From assembly GCA_016432465.1 (NCBI GenBank), contig CP066690.1:250702-314701 (forward strand): 64,000 nt of DNA, written 5' to 3'. Position 1 is the stretch's first letter. Each line of letters starts with the position of its first letter. The notes below the pieces were generated by a model that was not told where the DNA came from, did not search any database, and worked only from the letters and a program-made list of their open reading frames with translations. Below, piece by piece: positions 58,358 to 64,000 of the stretch. Origin of the DNA: Candidatus Sungiibacteriota bacterium. GTDB taxonomy: Bacteria > Patescibacteriota > Minisyncoccia > Sungbacterales > HO2-52-23. The position numbers were made by a program, and so were the translations under genes.

Positions 58358-60220
58358 TTAGGACCCAAACCAATCATCATCTTCGTCAAATGGCTGCTGC
58401 GGGACAAAATCGCCGGAGTATACTGGTTGTTCCGGTGGACGAGGAGGATGACGAACCAGCTTCTCGTAGAGAGCCTTGCTCCATTTTTTATGGGTGTCCT
58501 CCCTCTCCTCATCGGTCTCAACCCTAAGACCGTGGTCCGGATACGGCTTGACGTCTTCACCCTTACCAAGAGTTTTTCTTGTACTCCACATGTCCTCGCA
58601 ACGCACCACCTCAACAAAGGGGTGGACTCTTACGACATCAACAAATTCCACAAAAGGCAGGGAAAGAGATCTAGTCCAAAATTCTTCGTTCCAGAGCTCG
58701 GTTGGGTCGCCCAGAGACAGGGAATAAATTTTCTTCTCATGCCTAAACGTAATCCTATGCCAGAAGTCCGAAGAAATGACTAACTCCGGATACCCTTTAA
58801 TAATTTCCAAAACAATCTTGGAGCGGGTGGGCGGAGGTCCGTCCATGGCCTGCTTAATCTCTTCGTCCGTAGTGATACGATAACTGTTTGGGTAAATTTT
58901 GGTGTAAAAAATTCCGCTTTCGTGATTGTTATCGTGGTATTCACAATCCAGCCTCATGGCCAAATCGTCCTGCCACGTTTTTCCTTTTTTCACCAGAGCA
59001 GCTTCAATAAAATTCAGCTTGGTTACCCAGTCCAGCTTACCGTGAAGGCTAACCCGCCAATCTGACCTACCAAAGGCGTCCAAAACAGAGGCAAATTCTG
59101 CCACCACCCGCTTTAATATCTGATTTTCGGGGTGATATGCCTCTACGTAGTTGCCAAAAAGGTCGCAGTAGTCACGCAAACAGTCCAGCGCCAGACGCGA
59201 ACCCTTATGGTTAATAAGCCAGACACGTTTTTTAAGGCTGGTATCCCAGGAGATTTCGTGGAAGGCACCAACCGGATGGCCGATTTCAAAACGATGGTCC
59301 AAAACTCCGTCCTCCATCATCATGTAAAGAATGGCTGTCAGTCCTGCTTTCATGAATTCCGGAAGCTCCAACATATTGGAGTCGCCCGGGATTACGTGTC
59401 CACGTCGGAAGTTTTTTTCTTCGCCGTAAACAACGTTGCGGGTGTTATGAATAGGCCGGTTGTAGGAGGTTTCTATGTTGGCAACTGCGCTGAAAAAATC
59501 GGCCCGCTGGGAAATCTGAAAATCCACATCTACAATATCACTTCCCCGATGGGACCCGGCCCCTAAACAGTCGCCTCCCACCTTTCCGGCGCCTATTACA
59601 ATAGTCCGCATGACAAACCAAGGAACGTCCTTGCGTATTAAATCATCCTCGCTAACACGGCGCGAAATTGTATAATTTTCATGGCAGGCCCAAGAGCTTC
59701 TTGGAACCCTCTCCCCCCTTTTTCTACTTCTGGCACGATGCCAATCATCGTCTCCGGCGGTATTGTTTCTAAACACCCTGAAATTCCGCCCTGCCGCCTC
59801 ATGTAATTTGCGCAATCTGTCGATCCAGCGGTAACAGGCCCTGTTCCAAATAACCAGCATGCGCGGATCGCTACAGATAGCTGTAGAAATTTCAGTATGG
59901 GGACCGATGTCTACATAAAGACGCGCGCCATTGGGAAGCAGTATGTTCAAAAATTTCTGCCACATTTGTCTTTGAAAGAAGCTGTGGGGGTTGAGGGTCG
60001 AAACCTCTACTTTGCGCAATCTCTCAGTCGGATCCCAAGAAAATATTCCTTGGGCTCCCAAAACCCATTCCGGCTCAATGCTTTCTACAAAAGCAAAACC
60101 ACCCGAGTAGGCAGCGGGGGAACCAGCATGCATTACTCCAAGTTCTGTTTCTATCCCGCACATCTTGGGAGTGGCTCTAGATTCGGGCATCATCTTATCC
60201 TTTTCAAGGCGCTTTCCCAA
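58358..60220 (-). CDS. Dop-like depupylase/deamidase with an acidic C-terminal extension
   Basis: GIETELG, WD-containing insert before LPNGARLYVD, CHENY, FQISQRADFF, RPI.NTR, H.I.GDSN, LDWVTK; lies between arc and pup. Confidence 0.85.
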   Translation of the reverse strand: MGKRLEKDKMMPESRATPKMCGIETELGVMHAGSPAAYSGGFAFVESIEPEWVLGAQGIFSWDPTERLRKVEVSTLNPHSFFQRQMWQKFLNILLPNGARLYVDIGPHTEISTAICSDPRMLVIWNRACYRWIDRLRKLHEAAGRNFRVFRNNTAGDDDWHRARSRKRGERVPRSSWACHENYTISRRVSEDDLIRKDVPWFVMRTIVIGAGKVGGDCLGAGSHRGSDIVDVDFQISQRADFFSAVANIETSYNRPIHNTRNVVYGEEKNFRRGHVIPGDSNMLELPEFMKAGLTAILYMMMEDGVLDHRFEIGHPVGAFHEISWDTSLKKRVWLINHKGSRLALDCLRDYCDLFGNYVEAYHPENQILKRVVAEFASVLDAFGRSDWRVSLHGKLDWVTKLNFIEAALVKKGKTWQDDLAMRLDCEYHDNNHESGIFYTKIYPNSYRITTDEEIKQAMDGPPPTRSKIVLEIIKGYPELVISSDFWHRITFRHEKKIYSLSLGDPTELWNEEFWTRSLSLPFVEFVDVVRVHPFVEVVRCEDMWSTRKTLGKGEDVKPYPDHGLRVETDEEREDTHKKWSKALYEKLVRHPPRPPEQPVYSGDFVPQQPFDEDDDWFGS

Positions 60221-60272
60221 GTGTAACCACAGCCGAAAGAAAAATCCACCCTAGGGGGTGGATCAATTGATT

Positions 60273-62201
60273 TTACAGATACTGACCGCCGCTAATGGTT
60301 TCGGTCGTACGGCTCGCTTCTTTCTTTTTCTTCCGCCCAAGGTTGGGGGTGACCCCAACAATACGCTCCCGTCTACCCTGCATAGCAAGCCACATTTGGG
60401 CATCGTCCAGAGTATTGGGTAACTCTTCATTCTCATCCATTTCATCAGATACGGCCACGCAGAAATCTAAGGCCGTGAGACCAAACTCCCCGCCGCTGAC
60501 AGCACGCTTAACAACATGTTTCTTGGCGCGCTCCACTATACTTTTAATCATCGCGCCAGACACCAAGTCTTTAAGGTAAATAGGAAGCTTTGCCCCATCA
60601 TGCAAAACTACATCCATAAGTTTATTGTCTGCTTTAATTAGCGCTCCTGACGCATCCCGATATTGATAAGGCTCTTCGTTGGTGGCCCAGAGCCGCTTCA
60701 CGGCCTCGGTAATAATATGTTCAATTATCAACTCTGGCTTGCCGCCCCACTCCTGATAGCTGGGAGAAAACTTGGGGTGTTTGGGATTTTGATATTTAGG
60801 ATGAAGAGGAAGATTTTTTGTGACGTAAATGGAAAAAATTTCCTTGGCGCCATCCTGATCCGGGCGATCAATCCTTATCTTGATGTCAACGCGTCCCGGA
60901 CGAAGCACGGCTGGGTCAATCAAGTCATGACGGTTGGAGGCAAGAATAATAATAACATTAGCAAGCGTTTCTATACCGTCCAGCATCACTAAAAATTGCG
61001 GCACAATTGTAGTTTCAATGTCTGAAGAAATCCCCCTACCTCGGGTGCGCAGTACCGACTCTGCCTCATCCAAAAAAATAATAACCGGGTGGTCCTCGCT
61101 TGCCTTTTCTTTGGCCCGCTGGAAGATCTCACGAATTTTGCGCTCAGTCTCGCCAACGTACTTATTTAGAATTTCCGGGCCCTTGATGTTTATAAAATAT
61201 CCCTTGATGCTCTTTCCCAGTTTATTAGCAAGGCGGCTAGCCAGCCCATTGGCCACGGCCTTGGCAATTAGGGTTTTCCCGCAACCCGGAGGGCCATAAA
61301 GCATAATTCCCTTGGAAAGCTCCATTTCAAGTCTCCGGAAAAGGTCCGGGTAAAGATACGGAAGCTCAATAGCGTCGCGGATCTTACTAATCTGTGTTCC
61401 CAGTCCTCCGATCTTTTCATAAGTAACGCCCGGGACTTCTTCCAACAGCAGTTCGCTGATTTCATGCTTGGGCAGAGCCGCGATGCCGCCCAGAAACATA
61501 CCACTGCCCGCCTGCGGCAGAAGCCATTTATCCCCCACGCGCATACTCTGCATTATTTCTGCGGGCCAAGTCTTGGGAATCAGGGCAATGTGTTTTTCAT
61601 CAAGCCTGGTTACGAATCTAACCCGGTGCTCGTCCAAAATCTCATCAATAGTAACTTCTTCTCCGGCCATAGTCAGTACGTCCTGAAGCTCGTCAGAGGC
61701 AACGGCTACAATATTGGAATGCTCATTCATCATTACAAATCTGCCGCGCACCAGTTTTTCTTTTTCCTGATTAAAAACTTTGTCGGTTATATGCACCCGC
61801 AAAAGACGCGCACCCACATAAACCCAGAAGGTTTCTTTTTCTTCCCTGTGTAGATGTCCCTCATCGTCTCTTTGTTCGGACACCTCTTTACCGCCATAAA
61901 TTAGTACTGCGGCAATGCCATGAGGCGGAGAGGTCAGGGCATTTAATTCTCTGCTCATCTCTATAGCTTCCTGACGAAGCTCCGTCAGGGCCCGCACTAG
62001 ACCGCTATTCATCTCCCGCACTCGTTCCGCAAATGCCTCCAAATCATAAATTACGCTGTCCACGCGAGCCCTAAGCTCTTCAACCCTTGGACGACTCAGG
62101 ACAGTATTATCTTCAAGCACCCTACGAACTCCAAAAAGATTAGAGCGAGCTTTTTCAAAAAGGGATTCAAAATTGCGAGACGGATCGCGATCCTTGTTCA
62201 T
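60273..62201 (-). CDS. arc: proteasome-associated AAA+ ATPase ARC/Mpa
   Basis: N-terminal coiled coil ending L.SPP, interdomain, GPPGCGKT, NIKGPEILNKYVGETER, GISSD.E.TIVPQ, C-terminal GQYL. Confidence 0.94.
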   Translation of the reverse strand: MNKDRDPSRNFESLFEKARSNLFGVRRVLEDNTVLSRPRVEELRARVDSVIYDLEAFAERVREMNSGLVRALTELRQEAIEMSRELNALTSPPHGIAAVLIYGGKEVSEQRDDEGHLHREEKETFWVYVGARLLRVHITDKVFNQEKEKLVRGRFVMMNEHSNIVAVASDELQDVLTMAGEEVTIDEILDEHRVRFVTRLDEKHIALIPKTWPAEIMQSMRVGDKWLLPQAGSGMFLGGIAALPKHEISELLLEEVPGVTYEKIGGLGTQISKIRDAIELPYLYPDLFRRLEMELSKGIMLYGPPGCGKTLIAKAVANGLASRLANKLGKSIKGYFINIKGPEILNKYVGETERKIREIFQRAKEKASEDHPVIIFLDEAESVLRTRGRGISSDIETTIVPQFLVMLDGIETLANVIIILASNRHDLIDPAVLRPGRVDIKIRIDRPDQDGAKEIFSIYVTKNLPLHPKYQNPKHPKFSPSYQEWGGKPELIIEHIITEAVKRLWATNEEPYQYRDASGALIKADNKLMDVVLHDGAKLPIYLKDLVSGAMIKSIVERAKKHVVKRAVSGGEFGLTALDFCVAVSDEMDENEELPNTLDDAQMWLAMQGRRERIVGVTPNLGRKKKKEASRTTETISGGQYL

Positions 62202-62345
62202 ATAATCCCCTTTTCAAGGTACCTTATCTATCCTATACCACCCTGAAGAAATAGCGTCAAGCTAAAAAACTTGACTTTGTTGCAGAAAAATGATATTATA
62301 ATAATATGCGACTTGCGTTTTGTCTTATCAAAAGGGGGGCGTTCG

Positions 62346-62747
62346 GTGGGGCGGACGTATCGAGGGCCCAATCGGGAGCTTAAACTTTCAAAAAAAGGAA
62401 GACGTCGGTGGCAACCACTGACGGGTGGAAGAAAACAAGTAGTAATCGGACGGGCGCTGGAAGCCGACGTAACTTCTGTACTTGAAACTCTTCGTGTTTC
62501 CGGGGCCATTGACTCGTATCTATACCACGAACCACACAGTGAAAAGGACCAACAGGGTATTGATTTTACGGTTGTTCGTGGACAAAGTACCATTGAGTTC
62601 AATGTAACCTGTTCTTACCGAGCTTGGCGGAAAAGAGTTGTTAAGACAGGATGCCCTACAATACTTTATTTCTCTGACGAAGTGACGGCTGACCAAATCG
62701 CCGAACGTATTCTGGAACTTTTTATTCCTCCGAACGTCTGTACATAA
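62346..62747 (+). CDS. hypothetical protein, possibly with a PD-(D/E)xK-like fold
   Basis: G..LE...D.QGIDF...F.V pattern (inference). Confidence 0.55.
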   Translation: MGRTYRGPNRELKLSKKGRRRWQPLTGGRKQVVIGRALEADVTSVLETLRVSGAIDSYLYHEPHSEKDQQGIDFTVVRGQSTIEFNVTCSYRAWRKRVVKTGCPTILYFSDEVTADQIAERILELFIPPNVCT

Positions 62748-62836
62748 AACCAGCCGCATTCAAAAGCCCAGCGGGCTTTCCCATGTAGGAAAGCCCGCTC
62801 ACTATTTTAAACTATTTTGAGTCCTAACTCTTGCGA

Positions 62837-62894
62837 ATAAATCCCCCTCCTTCCCAGCAGGGTATTGGACCCCGCGGTAAGGTGGGGGGATAAA
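62837..62894. mobile_element. MITE-like repeat family A, short copy 5
   Basis: ATAAA-TCCCCCTCCTTCCCAGC...GGTGGGGGG-ATAAA with an internal deletion. Confidence 0.7.
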
Positions 62895-62896
62895 AA

Positions 62897-63179
62897 TGGG
62901 TGCGCTTGGATTTGAACCAAGGACCTACGGATTATATCTTCGCTTCGCTCGATATAAACGGTTCGCTCGGACAAAATGAAAGATTGCTTTCATTTTCTCC
63001 TCGCTGCCGTTTATAAGACGCAAGCTCTAACTTCATCCCCCACCTATTTTGGACAAGATAAAAAATGCGTGTGCCAGGGATCGAACCTGGGACATCCACT
63101 TTATAAGAGTGGCGCTCTACCACTGAGCTACACACGCAAAGTCCAAAATAGGTGGGGGGACAAGCCGAGCTACGCACCC
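62897..63179 (-). pseudogene. disrupted outer tRNA-Ile(TAT) enclosing an intact tRNA-Ile(TAT)
   Basis: GGGTGCG/CGCACCC acceptor; insert in the D loop; second ~79-bp insert with TTATA duplication at the anticodon loop; T arm CTTGG-TTCAAAT-CCAAG. Confidence 0.78.
63066..63137 (-). tRNA. tRNA-Ile(TAT)
   Basis: CCACT-CTTATAA-AGTGG anticodon arm, GCGTGTG/CACACGC acceptor. Confidence 0.9.
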
Positions 63180-63243
63180 GAAATATTATCATTGATTACT
63201 TTTATACTCATCATAATTTTTTCGAACCAGCCGATATCTGCGG

Positions 63244-64000
63244 TTACCCTTTTATCAATTGCTCAAACTCTTCTCTTTCAATCGTTTCTTTCTCCATCAA
63301 AACCTTGGCAATTTCATCCAGCTTGTCCCGCCTGCTAGTCAAAATTTTCCCGGCAGAATCAAAAGCGCCATCCATCAACTTTTTAACTTCCCTATCAATC
63401 AATTGCGCTGTTTCTTCGGAATAATTTTTTTCGGTGGTAAGCTCGCGTCCCAAAAACACAAGTTCCTCCCGCTCGCCTAAAGCAATTGGTCCGATTTTCT
63501 CGGACATCCCAAAACGCGTAACCAAGTTTCTGGCCAAAGCCGTTGCTTTTTTTAAGTCATCCGCGGCGCCGGTGGTAATTTCGTTAAAAACAACTTTTTC
63601 CGAAGCATAACCCCCTAGAGACACGGCCAGCTCGTCCAGAAAGTGCGAGCGCGAAAAAATATGACGATCTTCTATGGGAAGTTTTAAGGTATAACCAGCA
63701 GCCCGACCCCGCGCCACAATGGAAACTTTGTGCACCGGATCGGCGTGCGGAAGCGAGGCTGCAACCAAAGCGTGTCCGGCCTCATGATAGGCCGAGATTT
63801 TTTTCTCCTCGGGTGTCAAGATGTGACTTTTTCGCTCCGGCCCAAGCATTACTTTTTCAATGGAATTTATTAAATCCGCCTGTATGACTTTTTTTCGGTT
63901 GTTGCGCGCAGCAAGTATTGCTCCCTCATTAACAAGATTGGCCAAGTCAGCGCCGGAAAACCCCGGAGTGCGCTCGGCAATTCTTCGCAGCGCCACATCC
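63244..64000 (-). CDS. ftsH: ATP-dependent zinc metalloprotease FtsH, C-terminal part (runs off the window)
   Basis: TPGFSGADLANLVNE, AYHEAGH, TTGAADD. Confidence 0.96.
   Translation of the reverse strand, partial: DVALRRIAERTPGFSGADLANLVNEGAILAARNNRKKVIQADLINSIEKVMLGPERKSHILTPEEKKISAYHEAGHALVAASLPHADPVHKVSIVARGRAAGYTLKLPIEDRHIFSRSHFLDELAVSLGGYASEKVVFNEITTGAADDLKKATALARNLVTRFGMSEKIGPIALGEREELVFLGRELTTEKNYSEETAQLIDREVKKLMDGAFDSAGKILTSRRDKLDEIAKVLMEKETIEREEFEQLIKG

Noticed and set aside
62932-63015. Group I intron in the tRNA anticodon loop
   Set aside because: Far too short, and no P/Q/R/S core visible; the same applies to the 30-nt Ser inserts
933-63480. Numerous 60-160-aa antisense or alternate-frame ORFs inside serA, infB, argH, hisS, pil genes, recG, rocD, the Pup locus and ftsH
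   Set aside because: They overlap well-supported genes and show no motifs
1-64000. CRISPR array, rRNA, intact transposase or integrase
   Set aside because: No regularly spaced repeat-spacer array, rRNA-like sequence or recognisable DDE, Y1, tyrosine or serine recombinase ORF was seen

Overview
Bacterial chromosome window that looks like a reduced-genome Patescibacteria/CPR (Parcubacteria-like) organism. This is inferred from the short IF-2, apparently leaderless genes, a type IV pilus cluster and the rare tRNA-Arg(GCG) and tRNA-Ile(TAT). Housekeeping genes (serA, infB, rbfA, rplS, argH, hisS, recG, rocD, ftsH, pilC/M/N/O and pilins) alternate with tRNA-anchored islets of small hypothetical genes and many short palindromic repeats. 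Two things stand out. (1) At 53.0-62.2 kb there is a pupylation-like locus: an ARC/Mpa ATPase ending GQYL, a Dop-like enzyme, a Pup ending GGE and two further divergent PafA/Dop-family paralogues, with no 20S proteasome genes in the window. (2) A recurrent nested-tRNA architecture occurs: an intact tRNA sits between short inverted repeats that start after CCTG/CCCG/CTTG and end in TGAA, inserted into a disrupted tRNA gene with the same anticodon (Val-GAC, Val-TAC, Arg-GCG, Ile-TAT, and a half-remnant for Phe-GAA). A stacked tRNA-Ser(TGA)/GIY-YIG array is a related structure. All calls come from reading motifs by eye. No database searches were run, and coordinates may be off by a few bases.
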